Made by a program: the position numbers and the translations under genes. This document shows positions 30,281 to 40,664 of a DNA stretch of 64,000 nucleotides, piece by piece; position 1 is the first letter of the stretch, and each line of letters starts with the position of its first letter. This stretch comes from Spirochaetota bacterium (GTDB lineage: Bacteria; Spirochaetota; UBA4802; UBA5550): the NCBI GenBank assembly GCA_024276015.1, contig JAJRXZ010000090.1:5654-69653 (forward strand), written 5' to 3'. Below the pieces are notes generated by a model. It saw nothing but the letters and a program-made list of their open reading frames with translations. It ran no database searches and was not told where the DNA came from.

Positions 30281-30631
30281 ATGTTTTTTCACAGATCATA
30301 TTTTATTATAATAATACTTGTCTTTCTTAATTGCAGTTCTTTCATTAGGAGCGAAGATATGACAGCATTGAAAAGTCTTGAAAAAAGAGACTTTTTAATG
30401 AAGATAAACGTTTCAATTGGCGGACGCGTATTAAAAAAAAATCAAAAGATCAGGTTAGTTGTAACACAGGGAGACGGTTGGATAAAGGTTGAAGGTTATC
30501 TTGCCGGAATCGGAAAACTGAAAGCTGACAGAGTAAGGCTTCTCTATCTCTTTGAGGAAGACTTTCCCGAAGAAAAATTCAGTATGAAACTTTTTGAGGA
30601 TAAACTCTTTTCTATTATTAAAGAAATATAA
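30281..30631 (+). CDS. hypothetical lipoprotein
   Basis: 116-aa ORF with a signal peptide and lipobox-like VFLNCSS. No family recognised. Confidence 0.4.
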   Translation: MFFHRSYFIIIILVFLNCSSFIRSEDMTALKSLEKRDFLMKINVSIGGRVLKKNQKIRLVVTQGDGWIKVEGYLAGIGKLKADRVRLLYLFEEDFPEEKFSMKLFEDKLFSIIKEI

Positions 30632-30657
30632 TTTTAATTTAACGGAAAGGTGAGAAT

Positions 30658-31536
30658 ATGTTTAAAGGACTATTTACTGCACTGATCACTCCCTTTAAAG
30701 GTGGTAAAATAGACTACAGCGCCCTTGAAAAGATAATATCAAAACAGATAGAGAGCGGTGTGGACGGTGTTGTTCCCATGGGTACCACAGGCGAATCGCC
30801 AACAGTATCCTTTGATGAGCATAAGGATATAATAGAAAGAGTTGTAAAACTTGCAGATAAACGGGTAAAAGTGATAGCCGGAACAGGGGCTAATTCAACA
30901 GAGGAAGCCATATATCTTTCCAAAGCTGCAGAAGACGCCGGTGCCGACGGTATTCTATCGGTTAATCCTTATTATAATAAACCTACGCAGGAAGGTCTGA
31001 TAAAACATTTTGAGCATATAGCAGGCTCCATATCCATCCCTGTTGTTCTTTACAATATTCCCGGAAGAACCGGAATTAATTTTTTACCCGAAAGTGTAAA
31101 GGAACTGCTGCAGAGAGTTGATAATATTGCAGCTATGAAAGAAGCTTCAGGCGATCTTAACCAGATGATGCGTCTCATTGAACTGTGCGGAGATAATTTA
31201 ACCGTATTATCAGGAGATGACAACCTTCTTCTTCCGCTTCTTTCCATAGGCGGTGAAGGCGTTATTTCTGTTCTGGGGAATATCCTTCCTGAAGAGATCA
31301 AAAAGGTAATAACAAATTTTAATGAAGGAAAAATTGATAAAGCAAGGAATATATTTTATAAGCTTCTTCCTCTGTGCCGCGCTATGTTTATCGAAACGAA
31401 CCCTATCCCAATTAAAGCTGTTATGGAAATGGCAGGGTTCTGTACCTCTGAAATGAGACTGCCTCTGGTGCCGCTTGGGGATGATAAAAGAGAAAAAATA
31501 AAGAAAATTTTTAAAGAATTTGGAGTGGAACTGTAA
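30658..31536 (+). CDS. dapA: 4-hydroxy-tetrahydrodipicolinate synthase
   Basis: 292-aa ORF with the motifs GTTGESPT, YNIPGRTG and the AMKEASGD catalytic lysine region. Confidence 0.95.
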   Translation: MFKGLFTALITPFKGGKIDYSALEKIISKQIESGVDGVVPMGTTGESPTVSFDEHKDIIERVVKLADKRVKVIAGTGANSTEEAIYLSKAAEDAGADGILSVNPYYNKPTQEGLIKHFEHIAGSISIPVVLYNIPGRTGINFLPESVKELLQRVDNIAAMKEASGDLNQMMRLIELCGDNLTVLSGDDNLLLPLLSIGGEGVISVLGNILPEEIKKVITNFNEGKIDKARNIFYKLLPLCRAMFIETNPIPIKAVMEMAGFCTSEMRLPLVPLGDDKREKIKKIFKEFGVEL

Positions 31537-32327
31537 TGGTTGTTGGAATTTGCGGAATATACGGCAGAATGGGAGGTACAATTTTGAGGATACTCATTGA
31601 CAGAGGTCATACTGTTGGCGCGGGTTTTGATGTTAAAAAAACCGGTAAACTCTCATTTTATGGGGATACTGTTGTAAATGTCCAATCCCTTGAGAAAGGT
31701 GCCGAAATCGATATGGATGAGCTCAGGGAGGTCGACGGTTTTATAGATTTTTCTTCTCCGGGTGCAACATTAAAATTGACAGCAATAGCTGCAGAGATGG
31801 GCAAGCCCGTTGTGACAGGAACCACAGGTTTTACTGAAAATGAAGCTGAAACGGTGAGAGCAGTATCGGAAAAAATTCCTCTTTTATTTTCTCCTAATAT
31901 GTCGGTGGGAGTAAATCTTTTATTTAAGCTGACTGAAATTGCTTCAAAAGCGGTAAGGAACGAATATGACATAGAGATATTTGAAGCGCACCATAAATTT
32001 AAAAAAGATGCTCCTTCGGGAACGGCAAAGAGGCTGGTTCAGATCATTAAAGAGAATATTGATGATTTAAGAGACTGCAGAGAAGTTACGGGCAGAGATG
32101 GTATTACCGGAGAGAGAAGTAAAAATGAGATCGGTATAATGGCAATGAGAGGAGGCGACATTGTAGGGGAACATACCGTTTTCTATACAGGTATGGGCGA
32201 AAGGATAGAATTAACGCACAGAGCAACAAGCAGAGATACCTTTGCCATGGGCGCTGTCAAAGCAATGGAATTTCTTGTTGATAAAAAACCGGGGTTGTAT
32301 TCAATGTTTGACGTACTCGGTTTATAG
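31536..32327 (+). CDS. dapB: 4-hydroxy-tetrahydrodipicolinate reductase
   Basis: 263-aa ORF with the DapB signature EAHHKFKKDAPSGTA. TAATG overlap with dapA. Confidence 0.93.
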   Translation: MVVGICGIYGRMGGTILRILIDRGHTVGAGFDVKKTGKLSFYGDTVVNVQSLEKGAEIDMDELREVDGFIDFSSPGATLKLTAIAAEMGKPVVTGTTGFTENEAETVRAVSEKIPLLFSPNMSVGVNLLFKLTEIASKAVRNEYDIEIFEAHHKFKKDAPSGTAKRLVQIIKENIDDLRDCREVTGRDGITGERSKNEIGIMAMRGGDIVGEHTVFYTGMGERIELTHRATSRDTFAMGAVKAMEFLVDKKPGLYSMFDVLGL

Positions 32328-32347
32328 ATTGCAGGAAAAAAGAGTAG

Positions 32348-33280
32348 ATGAGCGACGATAAGAAGGAATTTGCGGAGAACCCCTTTGATCCCCATAAAAT
32401 AAAACCTGAGGATATAGCCCGCATTTTTTATGTAAATGATGTGCCCCTTATTCCTGTTATCTCCAAGAGAGGTTTGCTTTTGGGAATACTTAAAAAAAAT
32501 GATCTCATTTCCGAATTAAGCGATATTGAAAGAACGGAAAAACTGAGTATTGATAAGTTCGTTACCAAACTTGCAAAAAAAATGTCCTTTGAAGAATTAA
32601 TCCCCTATGGGAATATCAAAGAGTATACGGTGATCAATATTTTTGGGGAAATACAGGGGAAATGGTCCAGGCTGCAGCTTTTTTCCGCTGTTGAATCTCC
32701 CGATAAAAAGGTCAGCAGGAAAGAAGAAATAGAAAATCAGAAAGAGGACCAGATTCTGGAATGGATCATTTACCTTATACTTGAATATATACCGCGGCCT
32801 TTATATGCAATTAATGACAGAGGAAGCACCATCTTTTACAACAGTCTTTTTGAAGATATCTATATAAAAAAATTTAACAAATCGGAAGTTGATTCAAAAT
32901 CGGTTGAGAAAAGTCTTAAAAGATCTGCCAGCAATGAAATTTTCTCTGAAAACAGCAATAATGATATGATCTTTTATAACAAAGACCTTGATATATATTA
33001 TGAAAAAATACCAATGTACAGCAGAAGTAAAATTGTAGGGTATCTGATCTTCTGTGATATAATAAAAGAACAGACAGGAGGGATCATTCCCGGTATCAAT
33101 ATGAAAGGCATGTCTCTGGAAGAGAGTCTTAAATCTTTTGAGAGATTTTTATTGGTAAAAACACTTGAAAATGAAAAGGATTTGAATAGCGCTGCAGAAA
33201 AGCTTAAAATATCGAGAAGATCTATGAAAAATAAGATGAACACTTACGGTATAACATTTAATAATTCAAAAGAAAAATAA
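32348..33280 (+). CDS. CBS-like / Fis-type HTH domain protein (putative regulator)
   Basis: 310-aa ORF with a C-terminal Fis-family HTH pattern (LNSAAEKLKISRRSMKNKMNTYGI). The N-terminus is CBS-like (VPLIPVISKRGLLLGILKKNDL). Confidence 0.5.
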   Translation: MSDDKKEFAENPFDPHKIKPEDIARIFYVNDVPLIPVISKRGLLLGILKKNDLISELSDIERTEKLSIDKFVTKLAKKMSFEELIPYGNIKEYTVINIFGEIQGKWSRLQLFSAVESPDKKVSRKEEIENQKEDQILEWIIYLILEYIPRPLYAINDRGSTIFYNSLFEDIYIKKFNKSEVDSKSVEKSLKRSASNEIFSENSNNDMIFYNKDLDIYYEKIPMYSRSKIVGYLIFCDIIKEQTGGIIPGINMKGMSLEESLKSFERFLLVKTLENEKDLNSAAEKLKISRRSMKNKMNTYGITFNNSKEK

Positions 33281-33544
33281 AAAAATATTTGTATTTTATC
33301 TTGACATAAGTATTATTGTTATATTATTGTCGCATCAGATGATTAATTGAAATTTGCACCTCCGTACCTCATTAGGTATTAGTAACCTTTTATCATATAA
33401 TAGTTCATTGAGTTCATCAATTAATAAGTAATAAGAATTTTCAAGGCATTTGTTAAAGTCCTTCAGATAGCAAGCAGCAAATACTTAATAAAAATAAAAA
33501 AAAATAAAATATTTAAAATATAATTAATAAAATGCAGGTATTTT

Positions 33545-34951
33545 ATGGCAAAGACAGCAGCATCTAAAAAATCGGAAGCAAAGATCAAAGAAGAATCATT
33601 AAAAAACAGTAATGGATTCGGAAACGGTAAAGACACTGACGATAGTGTATTAACATCAAACGGAAATGAAAAAAACGGTAAAAAAAATAATGAGGAGAAT
33701 AAGCTTGATCTTGCCGAATTAAAGGCAAAAACCATTAATGAGCTCTACTCTATATGCAGGGAAATGGGTGTTGAAAGAGTTTCCGGTCTGAAAAAACAGG
33801 ATCTTATTTTTGAGATTTTGAAAACTCAGACTGAAAGAAACGGTCTGATTTTTTCAAGCGGTGTATTGGAAATATTAAATGACGGCTATGGATTTTTGAG
33901 GTCTCCCAATTATAATTATCTTCCGGGGCCTGACGATATATATGTTTCTCCGTCTCAAATAAGGCTCTTTGGCTTGAAAACAGGTGATACAATTGCCGGG
34001 CAAATAAGGCCGCCGAAGGACAATGAACGCTTTTTTGCTCTTCTTAGGATAGAAGCTGTAAATTTTGAGCATCCCGATAATCTCCGAAAAAGAGTACATT
34101 TTGATAATCTTACTCCTCTCTATCCTGACGAAAGGCTGAACCTTGAAGTGGAGGCAAAGGGTATTGAGATGAGAATTATGAATTTAATAACGCCCATAGG
34201 CAAGGGACAGAGGGGATTAATAGTTGCGCCTCCAAGAACAGGGAAAACGATTTTATTACAGAAAATAGCGAATTCAATTACAACAAATCATCCTGAAGTT
34301 TATCTCTTCGTCCTGCTGATAGATGAAAGACCCGAGGAAGTTACGGATATGCAGAGGTCAGTGAAGGGAGAAGTTGTTTCATCAACATTTGACGAACCTG
34401 CCGCAAGGCATGTCCAGGTTGCTGAGATGGTTATTCAGAAAGCCAGAAGGCTTGTGGAAAGAAAGATGGACGTTGTAATTCTGCTCGATTCGATCACAAG
34501 GCTGGCAAGAGCTTATAATCAGGTGGTTCCTGCAAGCGGCAAAATATTGTCGGGAGGTGTCGATTCCAATGCGCTTCATAAACCGAAAAGGTTTTTCGGA
34601 GCTGCAAGGAATATCGAAGAGGGAGGAAGCCTTACCATTCTGGCAACTGCCCTGATAGATACCGGAAGCCGCATGGACGAAGTGATCTTTGAAGAATTTA
34701 AATGGACAGGCAACAGCGAGCTTGTACTTGACAGAAAATTGTCAGACAGAAGGATTTTCCCTGCAATTGATATTAACAAATCCGGTACAAGAAAAGAGGA
34801 ATTACTTCTTGACGAGGACGAGCTCAATAAATTATGGATACTAAGAAAAGCAATAGCTTCAATGAGTTCTACGGAGGCGATGGAACTTCTCATCGAAAAG
34901 ATGAAGGTAACGAAAAATAATAAAGCCTTTTTTAAATTGATGAATTCATAA
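33545..34951 (+). CDS. rho: transcription termination factor Rho with N-terminal low-complexity extension
   Basis: 468-aa ORF with Rho N-terminal helix bundle, OB-fold motif GYGFLR, Walker A PPRTGKT and RecA-type core. The first ~55 aa are K/N/G/S-rich. Confidence 0.96.
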   Translation: MAKTAASKKSEAKIKEESLKNSNGFGNGKDTDDSVLTSNGNEKNGKKNNEENKLDLAELKAKTINELYSICREMGVERVSGLKKQDLIFEILKTQTERNGLIFSSGVLEILNDGYGFLRSPNYNYLPGPDDIYVSPSQIRLFGLKTGDTIAGQIRPPKDNERFFALLRIEAVNFEHPDNLRKRVHFDNLTPLYPDERLNLEVEAKGIEMRIMNLITPIGKGQRGLIVAPPRTGKTILLQKIANSITTNHPEVYLFVLLIDERPEEVTDMQRSVKGEVVSSTFDEPAARHVQVAEMVIQKARRLVERKMDVVILLDSITRLARAYNQVVPASGKILSGGVDSNALHKPKRFFGAARNIEEGGSLTILATALIDTGSRMDEVIFEEFKWTGNSELVLDRKLSDRRIFPAIDINKSGTRKEELLLDEDELNKLWILRKAIASMSSTEAMELLIEKMKVTKNNKAFFKLMNS

Positions 34952-34970
34952 ATTTAAGGAGAATATAATA

Positions 34971-35177
34971 ATGAAACCGAAAATTCATCCGAAATATGAG
35001 GATGCAAAATTCAAATGTGCATGCGGAAATGAGATTGAGACAAAAGCAACTGTAAAGGATCTTCACATTGAGATATGTTCAAACTGTCATCCTTTCTATA
35101 CAAAGAAACAGAAAATTGTCGATACTGCCGGTAGAGTTGAGAAGTTTAACAGAAAGTACGGTTTGAATAAAAAATAG
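34971..35177 (+). CDS. rpmE: 50S ribosomal protein L31
   Basis: 68-aa ORF beginning MKPKIHPKY, with CACG ... CSNCHPFYT. Confidence 0.95.
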   Translation: MKPKIHPKYEDAKFKCACGNEIETKATVKDLHIEICSNCHPFYTKKQKIVDTAGRVEKFNRKYGLNKK

Positions 35178-35189
35178 TTCTGCATATTG

Positions 35190-35220
35190 AAGCCGCCTCT
35201 ATGCTGAAGAGGCGGTTTAA
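35190..35220. terminator. stem-loop terminator between rpmE and uvrC (convergent)
   Basis: GCCGCCTCT-atgctga-AGAGGCGG followed by TTT. The U-tract is short. Confidence 0.55.
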
Positions 35221-35232
35221 GATATTTCTGCG

Positions 35233-37038
35233 CTAATCCCTTCTATGAAAAAAGTTAAAAATTATACGGGCCGATTTTTCTCCAATCCCCTCTGCTTCCT
35301 TTAATTCGTCAATTTGCGCATTGCTGATATTTTTAACGGATTTGAAATGTTTTATTAATGATATCCTGGATTTTTCGCCAATATTAGGGATATTGTCAAT
35401 TACAGATCCTATCATCTCTTTGCCGCGTATCTTTTTGTGATAAGCAAGGGCAAAGCGGTGCGCCTCGTCTCTGATCCTCCGGATTATTTTGAGTGCAGGC
35501 GAAGATGGCGGCAGTTTCATAGGAGGAGTCTTCAGGTCAAAGAAAATTTCCTCAAATTTTTTTGCTATGGATATTATATTAATATTGAGATTGAAATTTG
35601 ATGCTGCTTCCAGCGCCCGGGAGAGCTGAGGTTTGCCTCCGTCAATGACAATGAGGCCGGGAAGTTCCTTGTCTTCATTTATAAGATACTGCAGTCTTCT
35701 TGATACAACCTCGTGGATCATTCCGGGGTCATTGGCGGAGGAGTATGCTCTTATCCTGTATCTTCTGTAATTATCTTTATCAGGTTTTCCGTTTTTAAAG
35801 GAGACCATTGAGGCAACGGCCTGTTTACCCTGAATGTTGGATATGTCAAAGCATTCGATTATCTCCGGAAAGTCATTTAGCTTTAGAATATTCTGGAGTT
35901 TTTCAAGGCCCTCTGCCGTACTGTTATTGTTATGGGCAGCCCTTTCGGCAGAAATAATATCGATATTTTTTCTTATCATATTCATAACGCTCTTATCCTC
36001 ACTGGAGAGAGGAAGGAGAATTGATGTTTTTCGGGCCGATTTTTCAGTAAGATAGCTTTCAATAATGTCTCTGTCTGAAATTTTATACTGTGTGATAATT
36101 TTCTGCGGCACTTCATTGTTTGCGTAATGTTCCACAATAAAGGATCTGATTATATCTTCGGGTTCCGTGTATTCAACATTTTCAAATATAGATATTTTTC
36201 TGCCGAGAAGTACTCCCTTTCTGAATTCAAATAACACTAAGACAGCTTCGCCTCTGTTAATAACAATACCGATATAATCATTATCCATTCCAATCGGAAC
36301 ATCTACTTTTTGGGAAATTGAGATTTTTTGAATGTCAAAAATAATGTCCCTTATTCTCGCTGCCTCTTCATATTCCATTTTTTGAGAATATTTATTCATC
36401 AGTTTTTCAAGGTCTTCCAGTAGAGGATCTATGTTGCCTTCAAGAAAACGGATTGCATTTTTAACAAGGAACCAGTATTCTTTATTCTTGATGGTTTCGG
36501 TACAGGGTGCGCTGCACCTTTTCATCTGATAATTGATGCAGGGACGTTCCCCCTTTTTAAAAGGAATCTTGTTACCGCATGTTCTGATCCTAAATGTATT
36601 GCTGATCATGGAGACTATATTTCTGGCCGCCTTTGCGTCAGTATAGGGGCCGAAATACCTTTTGCCGTCTCTAACGAGCTCTCTTGTAAATATTATTCGG
36701 GGGAACTTTTCATTAATGGAAATTGCAATATATGGGAATTTCTTGTCGTCTTTAAGGCGTATATTGAATTTTGGCTTATGTTTTTTTATAAGATTATTTT
36801 CCAGAATAAGAGCTTCAATTTCCGTATCTGTTACAATAAATTCAATATCTTCTATGTTTTTTACAAGCATCCTTGTTTTTATGTCGCTCTTTCTTTTGTT
36901 GAAGTAGGAGGATACTCTTTTTTTTATGGACGAAGCTTTGCCTATGTAAATCGGCAAAGACCTGTTGTCCTTCATAATATAGGTACCCGGCTCCTCGGGC
37001 AGGGCCGATATTATCGATTTAATCTTCTCTCTGTCCAT
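35233..37038 (-). CDS. uvrC: excinuclease ABC subunit C
   Basis: 601-aa ORF with an N-terminal GIY-YIG (GTYIMKD ... PIYIGKA), UVR domain, endonuclease domain and C-terminal HhH. Confidence 0.95.
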   Translation of the reverse strand: MDREKIKSIISALPEEPGTYIMKDNRSLPIYIGKASSIKKRVSSYFNKRKSDIKTRMLVKNIEDIEFIVTDTEIEALILENNLIKKHKPKFNIRLKDDKKFPYIAISINEKFPRIIFTRELVRDGKRYFGPYTDAKAARNIVSMISNTFRIRTCGNKIPFKKGERPCINYQMKRCSAPCTETIKNKEYWFLVKNAIRFLEGNIDPLLEDLEKLMNKYSQKMEYEEAARIRDIIFDIQKISISQKVDVPIGMDNDYIGIVINRGEAVLVLFEFRKGVLLGRKISIFENVEYTEPEDIIRSFIVEHYANNEVPQKIITQYKISDRDIIESYLTEKSARKTSILLPLSSEDKSVMNMIRKNIDIISAERAAHNNNSTAEGLEKLQNILKLNDFPEIIECFDISNIQGKQAVASMVSFKNGKPDKDNYRRYRIRAYSSANDPGMIHEVVSRRLQYLINEDKELPGLIVIDGGKPQLSRALEAASNFNLNINIISIAKKFEEIFFDLKTPPMKLPPSSPALKIIRRIRDEAHRFALAYHKKIRGKEMIGSVIDNIPNIGEKSRISLIKHFKSVKNISNAQIDELKEAEGIGEKSARIIFNFFHRRD

Positions 37039-37927
37039 TATTGATGGCCCTCATTTTTTCAACTTTCCTGATATATTTTCCTGTCAGTTCATGCTGAGGA
37101 TTTATTTCCAGCGCCTTATTGAACATATCAAGAGACTGCCGGTAATCTTTTTTCTTTGCAAAGGCAACTCCCAGATTGAAGTAACTGCCAAATCCTTCGG
37201 GTCTTAAAATAGTTATGGTTTTAAAAAGTGAAATTGCATCATCGAGATTATTTTCCTTTAGACATTTCACTGCCGTAGCAAATATGCTGCTCAGAGGTTC
37301 GCTGGATGATTTATCCTTGAGTTCGTGAATCAGGCTGTTAAATGAATTGGCAAGTTTATTCAATTCATCGTCATTAATGGTTTTTATTGAAACATTGAGG
37401 TCTCCCTTTGCAGCTTTTTCGATATATTGGGAAAGATTTTTTATTAATAGCGAATAATTATGCATAAAGATTATTGTAGCAATTACGGCTGCAATTATCA
37501 TGACAATACTCACAATAATAATAATCCACTTCGCATTATTATTGGATCTGTTATAGATAGAAAGAAGATATTCGGTTTTTGATGCAGAGACAATAAATTG
37601 TATTATATATGTTTTTCTTTTAACCTTAAAGGGAAAGTAAACATTCTGCCAGTAAAGACCCTTGTTGGAATATATCTCAGGTTCAACGATTCCGGATAAT
37701 TGAGCTTCTTTTAAATAATTTTTGCTCTTTTCTTCTTTAACAACAGAACCGATCTCTATTTGAAGCCGGAAGTCCTTTTTAAGAGGAACCTTTCCCCTGA
37801 GCCTGAAGTAATTTTCGTCAGAGGTTTTCGAAAAGAGCAGTATATAATAGAATCCTTTCTCTTCACTGCAAAAAATCCCAAGGTTCTTTTTAATGTCTTT
37901 ACTGTTGTCCGGTTTGCTGAGCTTCAA
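37019..37927 (-). CDS. HAMP and TPR domain protein (N-terminus apparently frameshifted)
   Basis: 302-aa ORF from TTG. It has a TM helix (WIIIIVSIVMIIAAVIATIIF), a HAMP-like segment and C-terminal TPR repeats. The frame stays open 61 codons further upstream and encodes another TM helix without a canonical start (see findings). Confidence 0.65.
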   Translation of the reverse strand: MKLSKPDNSKDIKKNLGIFCSEEKGFYYILLFSKTSDENYFRLRGKVPLKKDFRLQIEIGSVVKEEKSKNYLKEAQLSGIVEPEIYSNKGLYWQNVYFPFKVKRKTYIIQFIVSASKTEYLLSIYNRSNNNAKWIIIIVSIVMIIAAVIATIIFMHNYSLLIKNLSQYIEKAAKGDLNVSIKTINDDELNKLANSFNSLIHELKDKSSSEPLSSIFATAVKCLKENNLDDAISLFKTITILRPEGFGSYFNLGVAFAKKKDYRQSLDMFNKALEINPQHELTGKYIRKVEKMRAINNGQRED

Positions 37928-38471
37928 TCTTTCTATGGGGATTGTTACTTTCTGCAGAAGCAGATCTCTGCTGTTTTCAAGGAGAATATCCTTTAAAAGG
38001 TTTGAGTTTGCATTAATAGTAATATTGAATGATACTGCAAATGATAAAATTAATAGTGAGTATATAAAGGCAATTGCTGTTATGAACTTTTTGACAAACT
38101 GGAATCCCTTTCAGCCATAGAATTATCCTTAAATAAGAGAACTTTTTCACTTCTTTATCAACTCAAATTTATTCTTCAAGCATAATATTTGTTGTTTCTG
38201 AGAATTGGAGATTAATTCTGCGCATACTTATTCCAATTAACTCAAGTTAGGCGAATTTTACCCATTTGCTCGATTAGCTGCTTTTTTTGTTATAAAAAGA
38301 TCTATCATTTCGAAAGAAACAGATAAAATTCGCAAATTTACTCAATTATATTATACAAAAACGCCTAAGTCGAGTATAATTAAGTGTTGATTAATTTTAT
38401 CAGAAGGATATAACTATCTGTGTTAATGTTGCCTATTAACTATTTTAAAAAATATATGCTGCGGAGGGTAG

Positions 38472-40067
38472 ATGACATCGCTTGACTGGTTCATAGTTGT
38501 TATATACATTCTGATTATCATTGTTATGAGCTTTTATATAGGCAGAGCTCAGAAAGATCAGGATGATTACTATCTCGGGGGCAGGAGGATCCTCCCATGG
38601 CAGGTGGGAACATCAATGGCAGCCAACCAGGTGAGTGCCATAAGCCTTATCGGCGCTCCTGCTTTTATAGCAGTTAAAGAGAATGGCGGATTAAAGTGGC
38701 TTCAATATGAGCTTGCCATACCTCTTGCTATGATAGTTATTATTGTCTTTCTTGTGCCGGTGCTTCGTTCCACCGGAGGGATCACAATATACAGGTATCT
38801 TGAAATACGGTTCGGCTCTTCAGTAAGATTTCTGCTCAGTTTTATTTTCCTCATCAGCAGGTCTCTTGCAACCGGCGTTGCTCTTCTTGCTGCATCTTAT
38901 GTTACAAGTGTCTGTATTTCTTTGCCTTTAAATGAGACTATCATTATAATAGGGATAATCTCGCTGTTTTATACTGCCCTTGGAGGGATCAAGGCGGATA
39001 TTTATTCCGATATTATGCAGCTGATAATACTCTGGGGCAGTTCCTTTGTAGTAATAGGGATTCTTTTGAGCCTTCTTGGAGATCCCATAACTTTTACTGA
39101 CTCAGCATCTGAAAGATTAATCGTATTCGATGTTAAGTCAACCGGATTCGGCCATGGCAATACCTTTGCTCTGTGGCCCATGCTGGTGGGAGGTTTTTTT
39201 CTATATATATCATATTACGGATGCGACCAGAGTCAGGCTCAGAGACTCCTGGCAACAAAAGATAACAGGGGAGCGCAGAAATCACTGCTCATTAATGGAC
39301 TTATGAGATTTCCTCTTGTTATTACATATTGTACTGCAGGAATTCTTCTTATCCCCTTTCTGGATAAATATCCGGAATTCTCTGAAAAAATAAGTTCTCT
39401 GCCTCCCGATTATCTGATACCCTATTTTTTAAATGATTATGTTCCTGCCGGTCTTCTGGGCATCACAGTTGCCGGAGTTTTTGCAGCATCCATGTCGAGT
39501 CTTGATTCAGCTATCAATTCATTGAGCGCTGCCACCTGGGAAGATTTCCTTATAAAAATATTTCCGACGCTTGATCACCTGCCCGACAAAAAAAAGATAT
39601 TCTATTCAAGAACAGTTACTCTTTTCTGGGGCGCCTTTACAATTACTGCTGCTGTAAAGATGGCAGGGGGTTCCGAAACTGTAATTGAACTTGTCAATAA
39701 AATCGGGTCCGCCTTTTATGGGCCCATAGCCGGCGTATTCGTTCTCGGATTTATTGCAAAAAGAGCCGGTACTGCTTCTGCAATAACAGGGCTTTTCTCA
39801 GGAGTTTCGGTTAATATTCTATTATGGGCGCTCTTTGAAAATGAAGTGTCATGGATGTGGTGGAACCTTACAGGTTTTGCGGCAGCAGTAATTGCCGGCA
39901 TATTCTGCAGTTTCCTGATTAAAGAAAAAACCGAGACAGGGAGCGGAGAATTTCAATTTGATATAAAAATATTGATAAAAAAAGCTCCTTCCGGTTTTGT
40001 TAAGGCTCTGTTTATATGGTTTTTTTTCATAATAGTCTTATGCTTGATAATTGATACCGCATTGTAA
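38472..40067 (+). CDS. sodium:solute symporter family transporter
   Basis: 531-aa polytopic ORF with an SSF-type N-terminal pattern (YYLGGRRILPWQVGTSMAANQVSA). Substrate unknown. Confidence 0.85.
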   Translation: MTSLDWFIVVIYILIIIVMSFYIGRAQKDQDDYYLGGRRILPWQVGTSMAANQVSAISLIGAPAFIAVKENGGLKWLQYELAIPLAMIVIIVFLVPVLRSTGGITIYRYLEIRFGSSVRFLLSFIFLISRSLATGVALLAASYVTSVCISLPLNETIIIIGIISLFYTALGGIKADIYSDIMQLIILWGSSFVVIGILLSLLGDPITFTDSASERLIVFDVKSTGFGHGNTFALWPMLVGGFFLYISYYGCDQSQAQRLLATKDNRGAQKSLLINGLMRFPLVITYCTAGILLIPFLDKYPEFSEKISSLPPDYLIPYFLNDYVPAGLLGITVAGVFAASMSSLDSAINSLSAATWEDFLIKIFPTLDHLPDKKKIFYSRTVTLFWGAFTITAAVKMAGGSETVIELVNKIGSAFYGPIAGVFVLGFIAKRAGTASAITGLFSGVSVNILLWALFENEVSWMWWNLTGFAAAVIAGIFCSFLIKEKTETGSGEFQFDIKILIKKAPSGFVKALFIWFFFIIVLCLIIDTAL

Positions 40068-40323
40068 TAATATATTCATTACCATCCTCAATGAAAAGTT
40101 GAAAAAGAATTTTAACTCTTACATAAATGAACACAGGGTTAAAGAGGCAATGAAACTTCTCATTGAAGAACCGAACAGGTCCATACAATCGATAGCATGC
40201 GCAGTCGGTTTTGTATCCAGATCGTGTTTTAACTCGGCATTTGCCAGGCTGGTTAAACAGACACCGCGGCTGTACAGACAGATCGGATTAAGCGGCAATA
40301 TTGAAAAATCCGATCAAATTTAG
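40051..40323 (+). pseudogene. AraC-family HTH remnant (C-terminal ~70 aa only)
   Basis: The translation carries only the second AraC HTH (RVKEAMKLL ... IQSIACAVGFVSRSCFNSAFARLVKQTPRLYR). There is no sensor domain or first HTH. The ORF start overlaps the symporter's 3' end. Confidence 0.55.
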
Positions 40324-40408
40324 GCAGCAATGGTTATTTCGAAAAATATTGTCATTGACATACCCATAGACAAAAAATAATAAAAGCTTAATGCTTTGGA
40401 GGGAACCC

Positions 40409-40663
40409 ATGAAAAAAGAGAGCATTAAAACAAGAGAAGAATATCAATTGATATTAGACGAGGTTGCGCAATTAATGGAGGCTGCTCCGGCTTTGCGCAA
40501 TAATGACAGAATTGACATGTTGTCAAAGCTGCTTGAAGAATATGTTGAAAAAGAGGATTTAATAAAAGGATACAGCGATACTAATGAAAAGGAGCAGGAA
40601 CAGGAGAGCGAAAAGAACACAGATTTTGAATGGGAAAAGTATCTTGATGAAATGACTAAATAA
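40409..40663 (+). CDS. hypothetical acidic protein (resembles the N-terminal segment of HigA/COG5499-type antitoxins)
   Basis: ATG at 40409 with GGAGGG 5 nt upstream. IKTREEYQLILDEVAQLM ... LLEEYVEKE resembles the leader segment of HTH antitoxins, but no HTH follows. Tentative. Confidence 0.35.
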   Translation: MKKESIKTREEYQLILDEVAQLMEAAPALRNNDRIDMLSKLLEEYVEKEDLIKGYSDTNEKEQEQESEKNTDFEWEKYLDEMTK

Positions 40664-40664
40664 T

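Noticed and set aside
38241-38376. Inverted repeats in the long AT-rich leader of the sodium:solute symporter (CTCAAGTTAGGCGAATTTTA versus TAAAATTCGC and CGCCTAAGTCGAG), considered as a riboswitch or MITE.
   Set aside because: The pairings are short and split, the region is AT-rich with no conserved riboswitch core that I recognise, and there is no second copy in the window.
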